DNA of 64,000 nt from a virus. The notes under the pieces were generated by a model. It was not told where the DNA came from. It made no database searches and was given only the letters and a program-made list of their open reading frames with translations. Every line of letters starts with the position of its first letter. Within the stretch, counting starts at the first letter, position 1. Below are positions 29,844 through 45,541 of this stretch, one piece after another. The stretch covers positions 32,001 to 96,000 of IMG/VR virus record IMGVR_UViG_3300042398_001385, one strand, 5' to 3'. Both the position numbers and the translations under genes were made by a program.

Positions 29844-30539
29844 TTATGCTGTCATTCTCTTAAAACAATTCATTGTACAAACAACATCTTGTTCACAGTA
29901 TGATTTTATCTCTTCTGATTTTCCACTCCAGTAAAATTCATGTACCTGGGATCCTTCCATATTATCTTTAGATGTAGGTACTCCTAAAACATGTGATATT
30001 AGATCCAGTGAAGAAAAAGTTTGTCCCCATGCACCAAATGCAAATATTTCAGCAAGATCTAAAAAAGAAGTCTCCCATGGTTTTTTATTCCATGTTTGTA
30101 TAATAGGATCAGGAGTTATATTGTTTATTAACATTCTTTTACCCATATACGGAACATCGAAATTTTTTATATTTTGACCAGCTAATTTATACGATTTGGA
30201 TCTTGAATTAGCCAATACTTTATTTGTTTTTTCTAGTATGTCTTTTTCATCCTCCCCGTAAAAGCTTGTTAATCTCTCAACTCCTTCAGGAGTAAAGACA
30301 CCAAATGTAACACATACTATTCTACCAAATTCTGGGTGTAATGATGATCTGTTTATCCATAAATCGCTAGGATCTGTAGATTCTCCAGGCTCTACTTGCT
30401 TTTGTAGCCATTTACATCTTTTAACCCATAGTTCTGCCAAATGAGGGTCATTGGATTTTAGTTCTTCTAGTGTTGGATATAATCCTGCGGTTTCAATATC
30501 GAAAAAAATTGAACCATCTATTATTCCTTGGTGTAGCAT
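29844..30539 (-). CDS. 3'-5' exonuclease (DnaQ-like, PolB exonuclease-related)
   Basis: FFDIET, PEFGRIVC, GQNIKNFDVPY and YCEQDV (DEDDy-type motifs). Confidence 0.88.
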   Translation of the reverse strand: MLHQGIIDGSIFFDIETAGLYPTLEELKSNDPHLAELWVKRCKWLQKQVEPGESTDPSDLWINRSSLHPEFGRIVCVTFGVFTPEGVERLTSFYGEDEKDILEKTNKVLANSRSKSYKLAGQNIKNFDVPYMGKRMLINNITPDPIIQTWNKKPWETSFLDLAEIFAFGAWGQTFSSLDLISHVLGVPTSKDNMEGSQVHEFYWSGKSEEIKSYCEQDVVCTMNCFKRMTA

Positions 30540-30547
30540 GATATATA
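30540..30547 (+). promoter_or_regulatory. putative late promoter GATATATA
   Basis: Exact motif 6 nt upstream of ATG 30554. Confidence 0.65.
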
Positions 30548-30553
30548 GTTTAT

Positions 30554-30820
30554 ATGGAAAAATACGGGTATAAAAACATAAGCTCTAGAAACGAATTCGA
30601 AAAAGCATCTAAGAGAGACGGACGTGTTGATCACGGACCTGTAGTAGGAGACGAGCTTACCACATATGACTTCGTAGATCTTAAGAAAAAGGGAGACTGG
30701 GGAATGCCAGGACAGACTAGATATTATGTAAAAACTATCGAAGATCTTATAAAGGCCAACGACAAGATGAGTAAGTCTATTACAAATGAAAGAAAGCCTA
30801 AAGGATACGTTGCCTGGTAA
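30554..30820 (+). CDS. small hypothetical late protein
   Basis: 88-aa + strand ORF filling a gap between minus-strand genes, with its own promoter motif. Confidence 0.7.
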   Translation: MEKYGYKNISSRNEFEKASKRDGRVDHGPVVGDELTTYDFVDLKKKGDWGMPGQTRYYVKTIEDLIKANDKMSKSITNERKPKGYVAW

Positions 30821-30830
30821 AAATCCTTTC

Positions 30831-31628
30831 CTAGTTAGGCTCTGGCAAATTATTATCAAAAGCAACATCTATTATTAAATTATAAGGATTTAAATCTTGT
30901 ATTGTTATTGTTTCCTCTTGACTGGAAGGACAGTAGAACATTATAGGATTAGATCTTTCTGCCCAAGTGGAAGCAGCCAAAAATAAGCTTTCTTTATATG
31001 TTAGTCCTCCTTGGTTGGTTCTGTGTGATCCTGTTCTAAATATTATTGGTATTTTTTTCTCTATGTAGGTTACAGATAATAGATCTTTTACGGAAAATAA
31101 ACTAGGCTTTTCGTCGTTTATTATTGCTATCTGCTTTTGTACTCTCCAAGGAAGTGTATCAAAGAACTTACAAAAGTCCATCATACTTTTTCTTCGGTTC
31201 CCATTAGCTCCTCCGATATGACATATTAATGGTATATCAAATCTTCCAGCATCTATTTCATTTATAAAATTACCTATCTTTAATATTTCTGATTTAGATT
31301 TTTTCTTTGAATCCGCATCTGTTGATATGACATGGTTTTTACTTTTTATATAAAAAGCTATTCTTATTTCTAAATCATCAATATAATGAAAAAATCTTTC
31401 CTTCTCAAATTCTGTAACGTCTGTTGATAAATCTATATCTTTTTCAGATAACTCAACTATAAACAATTTATATCCTATAGACAGATACATTTTTATCTGG
31501 TCACAAACTATACGGGACAAAGAATTGTCCCTGTGTTTTCCCTCTGGAATTCTTATTACAATACCATTTCTTATTGATTCCATAACTTTTTTAGTGTGAA
31601 AAGAAAATAAGTTTCTATAGGGAATCAA
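30831..31628 (-). CDS. uvsE: UV-damage endonuclease (UvsE/UvdE)-like protein, degenerate
   Basis: HIGG, NDEKPSLFSVKDLL, IPIIF and LAASTW match the UvsE layout, but metal ligands look altered. Confidence 0.6.
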   Translation of the reverse strand: MIPYRNLFSFHTKKVMESIRNGIVIRIPEGKHRDNSLSRIVCDQIKMYLSIGYKLFIVELSEKDIDLSTDVTEFEKERFFHYIDDLEIRIAFYIKSKNHVISTDADSKKKSKSEILKIGNFINEIDAGRFDIPLICHIGGANGNRRKSMMDFCKFFDTLPWRVQKQIAIINDEKPSLFSVKDLLSVTYIEKKIPIIFRTGSHRTNQGGLTYKESLFLAASTWAERSNPIMFYCPSSQEETITIQDLNPYNLIIDVAFDNNLPEPN

Positions 31629-32409
31629 ATTGATCCAAATCCATTTTGGGCCAGGATTCTAGTAAACTTATGGGCGAAAGGTTAGCAACCTTTACTCCTC
31701 TTTTTTCTAAATTATTTCTTAATACTGAATATTCTAAATCTATATTCCTTATGTGCTTAGATAATTTGTGAGATCCTGTATTTGAAAAGAAGTGATCGTT
31801 GGTAAAATCAACTCCAACCATTCCTATTTTTTTAGCTCCTAATTGATAAGCTATTATTATAGCCATATAAGGAGAGTTCATTGTATAATCTACTAGGCTT
31901 AAATTATCTAAATTTGGATTGTTTCTTGAGCCTATTTTAATTTTAGATATATTAGAAGATCTTGTTATAGGTCCAGGATTTTCTAAATGAGTAAATATTA
32001 CTGGACTTAATGTTTCTCTTACATACTCCCATCTTCCTCTCATGAAAGTACGATGGTCGTTTACAACAACTAAAAAATCGGGGGTTAATATTCTATCAAT
32101 ATCATTTACTCCTATAACATAGTATTTACTAAAATCACTATAATAGTTTAGAGATGTACCACATCCAGCAACTATAAAAGTCTCACCGTCGAATTTATTT
32201 ATATAATTAGGATATAGAGTGTTTCCTAGATGACTGCTTTTTACAGATGTTTTTATTCTGTTTATTTGAGTATCCGTATTTGGATCCTTTTTAATCTCTA
32301 TTTCTTTTTCATAGTTTTTAGGAAGCTCCGATGGTATGTTAATTTTATTATTGTTTATAGATTTTTCTCTACTTATTCTTAGTAAGCTTCTTTTTCTTTC
32401 TATTGACAT
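31615..32409 (-). CDS. MptE/DUF115 (Maf-like) Rossmann-fold putative glycosyltransferase
   Basis: IVAGCGTSL, IGVN, PDFLVVVND, NSPYMAI..AYQLGAKKIGMVGVDF. Confidence 0.6.
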   Translation of the reverse strand: MSIERKRSLLRISREKSINNNKINIPSELPKNYEKEIEIKKDPNTDTQINRIKTSVKSSHLGNTLYPNYINKFDGETFIVAGCGTSLNYYSDFSKYYVIGVNDIDRILTPDFLVVVNDHRTFMRGRWEYVRETLSPVIFTHLENPGPITRSSNISKIKIGSRNNPNLDNLSLVDYTMNSPYMAIIIAYQLGAKKIGMVGVDFTNDHFFSNTGSHKLSKHIRNIDLEYSVLRNNLEKRGVKVANLSPISLLESWPKMDLDQFDSL

Positions 32410-33281
32410 TACATAAATCGATTTATAATATTATTAGCTTTTTCTGTATGATCATCCTTAGATTCACCGTAAGATCTTTTACATATATCAGGAAAGTGCT
32501 GAATCATTTGTTTTTTTGACTCCATTTCATTTTTAATCTCTAAAAACAATATAGCAAGAATAGCTTTTAAATCTATTGGCTCTTCTAATAAATCTGGATG
32601 ATAACAGAAATAACAAAATGCCTCAGCTGCTTTTAAAATGTCCTTAAACGAACCATTAATAGATTTCCTTGAAAATGATATAAGGTTGTCGCTAGGATCA
32701 GCTAAAACTGAATTAAATATAAGATTGTCGGATGGTATATCATCAACAAATTTTATTTTCCATCCAGTCCCCATAGGGCCTTCAACTGAGTTTCCTTCGG
32801 TATCAATATAAGGATGATCTAGAATTTTATTTTCTAAAGATCCCCATACAATATTACCTCCGTTATATTTTAGATTTTGTGCGTTCTTCTCTCTTGAATC
32901 TATTCCCATACCCATAACATTTTTTGAATTACCTCTATCCTCGTAAAATTCTATTGATCCGGGGATTAAGGTATATGTTTTTTTATCTTGTAAGGATTGT
33001 ATCTTTACGATGTATGATTTACCGTCAGTTGATTTTGACGTTTCTATTATCTCGCCTTTTATTTTTTTAGATTTTCCTTTTACTTTTCCTTTTACTATGT
33101 CACCAACCTGAAAAACTGAATCCTTTACTAATAAACTAGGATCTGCATCTCTACCTACAGCAATAGAAAGATCTGAATATGCTTTATAGTTAACTTTAAA
33201 AACCCCATTAGAGCTATTAAATCCATCGCCGTTTATCGATTGAGCAAACTGTTCGTTTATTAATTTAATTCTTCTTTTCAT
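32409..33281 (-). CDS. hypothetical virion protein with an SH3/KOW-like segment
   Basis: MKRRIKLINEQF tag; FQVGDIVKGKV...GEII. Confidence 0.55.
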   Translation of the reverse strand: MKRRIKLINEQFAQSINGDGFNSSNGVFKVNYKAYSDLSIAVGRDADPSLLVKDSVFQVGDIVKGKVKGKSKKIKGEIIETSKSTDGKSYIVKIQSLQDKKTYTLIPGSIEFYEDRGNSKNVMGMGIDSREKNAQNLKYNGGNIVWGSLENKILDHPYIDTEGNSVEGPMGTGWKIKFVDDIPSDNLIFNSVLADPSDNLISFSRKSINGSFKDILKAAEAFCYFCYHPDLLEEPIDLKAILAILFLEIKNEMESKKQMIQHFPDICKRSYGESKDDHTEKANNIINRFM

Positions 33282-33820
33282 TTTTGTTTTTTATATACTT
33301 CAATTAGATCTCTAAGTTTAGAAGCCAACTCGTAGTTTTCGTCGTTTAAAGCTTTATCTAATTGTTTTTGTAGGTCAGCAGTTTCTGGTTTTTCATCTAT
33401 TTCTTCGTCAGTTAAAACAGTTTCCCTAGAAACAACAACCATTGGTGAAAAATACACCTCTAACATAGATTCCATGATAGGTATAAATGTGCTTTCACCA
33501 TTTTCTATTTCCTTACCATTATCATCTGTTTCTGGTATCTCCATTTCCCATTCTCCATTAACCCATATTACATTCCATGGTCCATACATATATTGTGATA
33601 TATCGTTTTCAACCACATGATTTATAACATGAAGAACCTCCTCTTTTATGTGTTCGTCTGTTAATTTAGTCTTCTTATCAAGCTTTTTTATACCTGGTAT
33701 CTGTGTAGTTTCAGTACCTATTGTCCTCCCCACCAATTTATAAAACTTATGGATTAAAGGCCAATCAATGGTATCAATTACTCTGCTTATTAGTGTTTTA
33801 TTTTTTTCTGATATTACCAT
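33278..33820 (-). CDS. hypothetical protein with a C-terminal UVR (UvrB/UvrC) motif
   Basis: LQKQLDKALNDENYELASKLRDLI. Confidence 0.7.
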   Translation of the reverse strand: MVISEKNKTLISRVIDTIDWPLIHKFYKLVGRTIGTETTQIPGIKKLDKKTKLTDEHIKEEVLHVINHVVENDISQYMYGPWNVIWVNGEWEMEIPETDDNGKEIENGESTFIPIMESMLEVYFSPMVVVSRETVLTDEEIDEKPETADLQKQLDKALNDENYELASKLRDLIEVYKKQK

Positions 33821-33878
33821 TGCCCTTTATTATTTTTACTCAAATCCTATAATTGTGTTCCAAAAAATAAAAATAAAA

Positions 33879-34502
33879 TTATGAAGTTGTTATACTTCTT
33901 ATTTTATACCATATTCTAAAGGTAACTAAATGATCTCCCACTGTAGCGTCATTTAATGGATTATCCCCATTATCTATTGCTACATTAAGAGGCTTATTAG
34001 TATTTATCGGTAAATTATATATTGATAAAGGGACGGATATAGCATATGACTCATCATTGCCTGTCCATAATGCACCAACAGAAAGAGAAATTGCAGATAT
34101 ATAATTAGTTGAAAATCCAGAAGTTTCTTGAGAAAAATAAATTCCTTTATATTCTGAATAATTGTAAGGAGTAGTTGCAGGTGAATCCCCAGGATAAGAT
34201 TCCGATATTATTCTAAATACGTCTATGTATTTTCCTAACCCTGGTGCTGGTATTAACTCGTAATATTGACTTGTTAGTACTCTAATATCAGATGGAGCTG
34301 GTTGAACTTCTATATAATTATAATCCCCTTGGAAAACGCCACTTATATTTCCATCTAGGTCTTTATAAAATATTTGGTTTAGATCTAATGAAAGAAAAAC
34401 CGTATCGTTTGGTATAGATACTGAATCGGCGGAAAAATCTGTAATAGTATATTTGTATTCTATACCAAATGAAGATTTTCTAGATAAAATTGATATTGCC
34501 AT
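33879..34502 (-). CDS. putative tail fibre/appendage protein
   Basis: beta-rich; ELIPAPGLGKYI; located in the fibre cluster. Confidence 0.5.
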   Translation of the reverse strand: MAISILSRKSSFGIEYKYTITDFSADSVSIPNDTVFLSLDLNQIFYKDLDGNISGVFQGDYNYIEVQPAPSDIRVLTSQYYELIPAPGLGKYIDVFRIISESYPGDSPATTPYNYSEYKGIYFSQETSGFSTNYISAISLSVGALWTGNDESYAISVPLSIYNLPINTNKPLNVAIDNGDNPLNDATVGDHLVTFRIWYKIRSITTS

Positions 34503-34504
34503 AA

Positions 34505-36277
<1,773 letters not shown>

Positions 36278-36296
36278 GCTAATATTTTTATTTACT

Positions 36297-36304
36297 TATA
36301 TATC
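36297..36304 (-). promoter_or_regulatory. putative late promoter GATATATA
   Basis: Exact motif 19 nt upstream of ATG 36277. Confidence 0.7.
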
Positions 36305-36340
36305 CGATTTTTTTATTATTAAGAACTAGATAGCACAAAT

Positions 36341-36369
36341 AAAAAAAGGATCCCTTTCGAGATCCTTTT
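36341..36369 (-). terminator. intrinsic terminator
   Basis: Minus strand GGATCTC-GAAA-GGGATCC-TTTTTTT (GNRA loop). Confidence 0.85.
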
Positions 36370-36394
36370 AGAATTATGAAGATTTATTATTAAA

Positions 36395-38785
36395 TTATGC
36401 TTCAACTGTTTCTACTAGATTAAAATATTCAGTAGCTGTACTTGTAATATTTATTGTTCTAGTTGAATCCTCCCAACCAGAACTAACTGAAAATACCTCT
36501 ATTACATATTCATTATTATATGATGATGGAAGATCGTAGAAAGTAATACTTCTAAATCCATTATTTATAGATCCGCTTCCTATTGAAACTTGCTGAATAT
36601 TATCAGGACCAAATTCAAAAAGTCTATAGAGATTAATATTAGAATCTATAATTGTATCTGTTCCACCAACAACGTCTACATTTAAATTAATAACTCTATC
36701 TAGATTTATATCTACAGAAACATCCGAAGCTCCATCATATGATCCTGAAGCTCCTCTTTCTGGATAATTCGGAGATAATGCTGCATATACGTTGATCATC
36801 TGTGAATCGTTATTAGGTATAGTGAATTCATAATATCCATTGCTATCAGTGTTACCTGTATAATTCCAAGTATCTCCATCAGCAGATACTTCCGCTCCCT
36901 CTAGTGGATTATTGTTTTCGTCTCTAACATATCCATAAACAATATTATCTCCTGGATTTACATAATTTAGTTCGAAATTAATTTCTACGGAAGGAACCTC
37001 TTTTTCAACAACAATATTTGAATATTCGTATTCTTCATATCCTGCTGCTTCTACTGTTATTCTATCCAATCTTCCAAAAGGAACATCCAAGAAAATGTAA
37101 TTCCCGTTTTCGTCTGTTGAAACCGATATATTAAGAGGAGATAATCCAACTTTAGCCTTGCTTATTCCAACACCATTATCATCTGTAACTTTACCCCATA
37201 CTCTACCGTCTATCTCACTTATAGGAGTAACTTCACAAAGATCATTAAATGAAAGTGTTAATTGTATATTGGAAATAGAATCACAGAATATTCTATTCGC
37301 AAACTCTAAAGATTCTTTTTGCTCTGCTTGAATCTCTTTAAGGTTATCGTTACAATCTACATAAACTGAAATTTTATCAGCATTGAAAAGAACTCTAGAT
37401 CCTATTAGATGAAGTAATTTAATGAAATCATCATAAAACTTAACTCCAGTGGAGAATAAATCATTAAGCTTCTCTCTTCTTATATCACCATCTTCTAATA
37501 TACTTAATTCTTGATCAACTTTATTATGTAAATCCCTAGATATTCTAGTATCTATTGTATATTTTGGTGCTACGTTAGGTAATTTTGCCCAATTTTCTTC
37601 TTCATTTGCGCCTTCTAGATAAACTCCCAAAATACATCCTCCGTAAAGAAGTTCTTGATAAGTCTTATCTTTAGTTTCGTTCCATTTTTGATAAAACTCA
37701 TAAAGCTTATACCAAAGATCTGATCTCCCTTCAAAGAATTCTACAACATTTAATGGGCTTGGGTTGCAAAGATCTAAATATCTTCCTTGCCAATCTCCAC
37801 CAGGAAGGGGAATATAAAAACGTCTTTCTCCGTTACCCTCTATCCATAATCTATACGGTGAATATATTTCAGCATCTTTTGCAGCTGTTGCTCTTCCGTC
37901 TTTTATAGATGCTGATTGATAAGAAAGAGTTAATCCGCAAGCAGATTGAGCTCCTGTCACTAAGTATGGAGATATATTAGAAGAAACACCAAAATTATTG
38001 TATAGATAAGTATCACAAGCATCAGGAACGTTTGTACCAAAAACTATATTAGTTTTTTTACAATCATCCATACAAACATTTTTAAGGGATTTGCGGATAT
38101 AGCATATCTCTCCTTTTTTAAAATCCACATCTTTTATTTTAAAAATGTAATATTTCTCGGTTTTTCTGTCCAACATATAAAGAATAAGAGATTCAGGTCT
38201 AACTGGACCCACTGCTTCTAAAGCATTAGCTCTTTGCTGAAGATCTGAAATCCCTCCCCAACTTAAATGTTTTAAATAGTTTATTGATGGATTATAAGGA
38301 TCTACACCATCATGTTCATCCGGGTATGCAAACCAAACTCCTTTCGGTGTATCTTCGGAAGGTTCATTTTCTTGAAATACGTTATATAATAAGTATCCTT
38401 CATATTTTTCAGTATCCGCTAATTTAAGTCCAACATAGTCAGATATAGTATCTGTTAAGCATCCTGAAAGGCAAACGATTGCGATATCTTGAGATTCCTC
38501 AGTTCCGCTTTCTGTTAGATTTGTTTCCACATCACAAGGGTCCCATCCACCTATTTGATTTCCTTTAGTGTCCCAAGCCCATACGTCCCCGTTCCATATT
38601 TTTTCTGCTAGTGCTCTAGATTTTTTAATTTGCTCGACGTCGAATTTTTTTCCTAGATCGACGGTGGAATTTGCTTTCAATCTAATTCCACCAAGATCTG
38701 AAATAATAAGATCTCTTGAAAGTAGGTTAGTAACTTTAAAGATGTAATTCTCATTATCAGATTTTCTTGATGCTGATGCGTTCAT
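36395..38785 (-). CDS. structural protein with C-terminal carboxypeptidase-regulatory-like (Ig-like) domains
   Basis: GKVTDDNG.GI..AKV...TDENGNY.F..VP.G and GYVRDENNNPLEGAEV...TDSNGYYEF repeats; AATATATA variant upstream. Confidence 0.7.
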   Translation of the reverse strand: MNASASRKSDNENYIFKVTNLLSRDLIISDLGGIRLKANSTVDLGKKFDVEQIKKSRALAEKIWNGDVWAWDTKGNQIGGWDPCDVETNLTESGTEESQDIAIVCLSGCLTDTISDYVGLKLADTEKYEGYLLYNVFQENEPSEDTPKGVWFAYPDEHDGVDPYNPSINYLKHLSWGGISDLQQRANALEAVGPVRPESLILYMLDRKTEKYYIFKIKDVDFKKGEICYIRKSLKNVCMDDCKKTNIVFGTNVPDACDTYLYNNFGVSSNISPYLVTGAQSACGLTLSYQSASIKDGRATAAKDAEIYSPYRLWIEGNGERRFYIPLPGGDWQGRYLDLCNPSPLNVVEFFEGRSDLWYKLYEFYQKWNETKDKTYQELLYGGCILGVYLEGANEEENWAKLPNVAPKYTIDTRISRDLHNKVDQELSILEDGDIRREKLNDLFSTGVKFYDDFIKLLHLIGSRVLFNADKISVYVDCNDNLKEIQAEQKESLEFANRIFCDSISNIQLTLSFNDLCEVTPISEIDGRVWGKVTDDNGVGISKAKVGLSPLNISVSTDENGNYIFLDVPFGRLDRITVEAAGYEEYEYSNIVVEKEVPSVEINFELNYVNPGDNIVYGYVRDENNNPLEGAEVSADGDTWNYTGNTDSNGYYEFTIPNNDSQMINVYAALSPNYPERGASGSYDGASDVSVDINLDRVINLNVDVVGGTDTIIDSNINLYRLFEFGPDNIQQVSIGSGSINNGFRSITFYDLPSSYNNEYVIEVFSVSSGWEDSTRTINITSTATEYFNLVETVEA

Positions 38786-38865
38786 AGTAGTTTTTATTCA
38801 TATATATTCTAAAATTCCAATAAAATACTACTATACACAGAGGATCAACTAAAAAAAATAATTAT

Positions 38866-39411
38866 TTATTTATTTGGGGAAAGTATAGATGTAAATATAA
38901 GCTGCACGCCAGGATTTTGAACATTTTCTCCTTTTACAAATATTGAAATTTCAGATCCTTCTGAAATTTTATATTCATATCTACCACAAGCTATCTTGTT
39001 ACCTTCAGATTTTAATGATGCTATTATTTCATCATTAACATAAATTATAGCCTCCCAATCTTTTTCTTCCCTTGATGATAGAGATATACCCACAAGAACA
39101 CAATCATTCCAAGAAATAAAAGGTGTTATATTCGTATAATTTCCTCCCGCTCTCTTTATAAATCTATCTGTTACTCCCTCACATCCGCTCCAATCCTCAG
39201 AAGCATCAAATGTAAAAGTCATCTGATTTACAATTTCTGATGGATTCTTGTGATCTACATAATCAACAGGTATAGGCTTATCGTCATATTGTTCCCTGCT
39301 AATCTCTGTACCGCTATTGTCTAGATATATTATTTTTTTTCTTGTAACAGCATCTCCATTTGGTAGAGTTATCTGATATTCCTTTATTTGATATGATCCG
39401 CTATTAGACAT
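38866..39411 (-). CDS. hypothetical structural protein
   Basis: 181-aa ORF in the fibre operon with a beta-rich C-terminus. Confidence 0.5.
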   Translation of the reverse strand: MSNSGSYQIKEYQITLPNGDAVTRKKIIYLDNSGTEISREQYDDKPIPVDYVDHKNPSEIVNQMTFTFDASEDWSGCEGVTDRFIKRAGGNYTNITPFISWNDCVLVGISLSSREEKDWEAIIYVNDEIIASLKSEGNKIACGRYEYKISEGSEISIFVKGENVQNPGVQLIFTSILSPNK

Positions 39412-39946
39412 TGGTTAGTTTAATTTTTATTTCTATTCTAGATCTAAGATTAGTAGGATTAGTTTCCCATGTAGGTGTAGTCCATTTTATGTATAACTTA
39501 TCTCCTCTAGATATAGATACAGGTGTATCTAGGTTTATACTTAAAGCTTCCACTGTATCTGTTGTGATATTAGTCTCAAATACGTTTAATTCTTTAGTTT
39601 CATTGTATAGTAAATAATTAGATAACTCTGAGGATCCTGTTACCATTCCTGGATATAAAAGAATAGAATATCCTGTTATCTCACCATCAAATAGTGATAA
39701 AACTTTAGAAGCATCAGATAATGTTGTTAGTGGTAATTGATCATTAAAATCGCCGAAGAAATATAACTGATTGTCTATGGGAGATATTGATGAGTGTCTA
39801 AATATAATAGAGCTATATGGCTGAACTGGTATAGCGCCAGCTGAATCCCAAGCATATCCGTTCCATATCCATGTTTTTCCGTTATCTGTATAGATGTATC
39901 CTATATCTAATCCCATTCTGGGCGGATTTGTTGGCCAGTTTGACAT
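39404..39946 (-). CDS. putative fibre-associated protein
   Basis: N-terminal WPTNP...TWIWNGYAWD module shared with 34505-36277. Confidence 0.55.
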   Translation of the reverse strand: MSNWPTNPPRMGLDIGYIYTDNGKTWIWNGYAWDSAGAIPVQPYSSIIFRHSSISPIDNQLYFFGDFNDQLPLTTLSDASKVLSLFDGEITGYSILLYPGMVTGSSELSNYLLYNETKELNVFETNITTDTVEALSINLDTPVSISRGDKLYIKWTTPTWETNPTNLRSRIEIKIKLTNV

Positions 39947-39954
39947 AATTTATT

Positions 39955-41178
39955 CTATTTAATTATATTTTTTTTATACTTACCCTTCAATAAAATATCT
40001 AATATTTCATCACTATGGTCTTTTTTCCAGTATGATTTAATTAGGTAATTATCTGACCTTGTTAAAGATCCCGATGGAAATGTATTACTTTCTCTTTCGT
40101 TATATATTAATCTATATCTTTCGTTTACATCTGATCCTATAGCTCCAAGTAAATCATTTTTTATAGCACCTTTTTCTACATTATCTAATGGTAATTTACT
40201 TTCGTTTATTAACGGAAATAACGAATCAATAATATTTCCATCTACGTCTAATAATTCCACAATGTATCCAATCTCAGGATCTTTAGCTAACTCAATAGAT
40301 TCTTCAGGGTCTAAATATTTAGGTAAGTATTTACAAGTAAAATCTAAAGATGTTTCAAATTCCTCAGGACTAGCTCCATTTAGATCTGAGGTAAATTTAG
40401 ATATCGAATATCCATTAGGATCTATTTTTGATTCCAATACTTCAGTTTTTAATAGCTGATTTCCTTTGTTAATATATTGATAGATTTTGTAGCTATCTGT
40501 TTGTATGGGTCCTGTCTTTGTAATAGAGTATGTCCTTAGGTTTATATAAGAAAAATCACCATTTATCCAATCAACTATTCCGTCTATTTTATCCTTATTA
40601 TAGCTTTGAATGCCGTGATTTTTATAAAAGTCAAATAGAGATTGTGTACTTACTATAAAATCCTTAAAATTAAAGTCATCTACATTTCTTCTTAAATATC
40701 TAAAAACAGCTTCTTGTCTATCATCCCTACATTTTTTTATGCTGTTATTGAATTCGTCCCAATTGATTAGGATATCGTTCTCACTAAGTATTTTTTTTAT
40801 TATTTCTGAATCAGGTATAAAATGCTTACATAGGATATTTAATTCAATCTCAGTGAATGAATCAATATCCACTGAATCATTACCATTCTTTTCTTTGTAT
40901 TTTTTGGAAGAATATATTAGTTCAAGCTCATCTAAAAAATTTATATAATCCATTCCTGAAAATGTCCATAGATCATTTAGATTTGATATTGATAATATGT
41001 TTTCATATCCATCTATTTCTGAGTCTGAATATACCCAGGGAGCATTTCCTTTTAGATCTTTTATATCCCAATTAAAAATATCGACGTTAATTATTTTTCC
41101 GTCAATCTTAAAAGCCAGAAGTTTTCCTTGATCCTTAGAAATTGAATGTCTTCTATATGAATTGTTTTCTCTTATCAT
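39955..41178 (-). CDS. hypothetical protein (possible fibre assembly factor)
   Basis: 407-aa ORF directly downstream of the 1302-aa fibre gene. Confidence 0.5.
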   Translation of the reverse strand: MIRENNSYRRHSISKDQGKLLAFKIDGKIINVDIFNWDIKDLKGNAPWVYSDSEIDGYENILSISNLNDLWTFSGMDYINFLDELELIYSSKKYKEKNGNDSVDIDSFTEIELNILCKHFIPDSEIIKKILSENDILINWDEFNNSIKKCRDDRQEAVFRYLRRNVDDFNFKDFIVSTQSLFDFYKNHGIQSYNKDKIDGIVDWINGDFSYINLRTYSITKTGPIQTDSYKIYQYINKGNQLLKTEVLESKIDPNGYSISKFTSDLNGASPEEFETSLDFTCKYLPKYLDPEESIELAKDPEIGYIVELLDVDGNIIDSLFPLINESKLPLDNVEKGAIKNDLLGAIGSDVNERYRLIYNERESNTFPSGSLTRSDNYLIKSYWKKDHSDEILDILLKGKYKKNIIK

Positions 41179-41184
41179 TTGATA

Positions 41185-45102
<3,918 letters not shown>

Positions 45103-45114
45103 TTATGTTTAGAA

Positions 45115-45122
45115 TATATATC
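45115..45122 (-). promoter_or_regulatory. putative late promoter GATATATA
   Basis: Exact motif 21 nt upstream of ATG 45093. Confidence 0.7.
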
Positions 45123-45139
45123 CGGATTTTAAATCTCAA

Positions 45140-45541
45140 TCAACTTATTAGAGTTTCAATCTCCTTATAAAAAGAATTAAATTTAGACGGAAAAAAAATT
45201 TTAAGCTCTTCTATCTCCCTATTAGATAGACTATACTTATCTTTTATGAAGTTTATAATTTCTTCTTTATACTCTTTTTTCTCCTTTTCCTTCTCTTTTT
45301 TTGATGTTTTTGTCCATACCCAAGATGGATTATTTTTGTGTTTGTGTGTTATAAATATCTTCCAAAAGTCTACTACTTTTTCAGGATTTATTTTTATATT
45401 ATTAAATGAATTAGCTTGAAGTGGATATGCTATAGAACATATACGATTAACCATAAATAGATTTCTAGCTTTATCTCTATCACTTATTTTATCCCAAGAT
45501 TTGGAATAAAATGATTTTATTATATCAAATGGATTATTCAT
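45140..45541 (-). CDS. gp62: putative clamp loader small subunit (gp62-like)
   Basis: FMVNRICS and YSLSNRE resemble gp62 motifs; replication-cluster context. Confidence 0.5.
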   Translation of the reverse strand: MNNPFDIIKSFYSKSWDKISDRDKARNLFMVNRICSIAYPLQANSFNNIKINPEKVVDFWKIFITHKHKNNPSWVWTKTSKKEKEKEKKEYKEEIINFIKDKYSLSNREIEELKIFFPSKFNSFYKEIETLIS

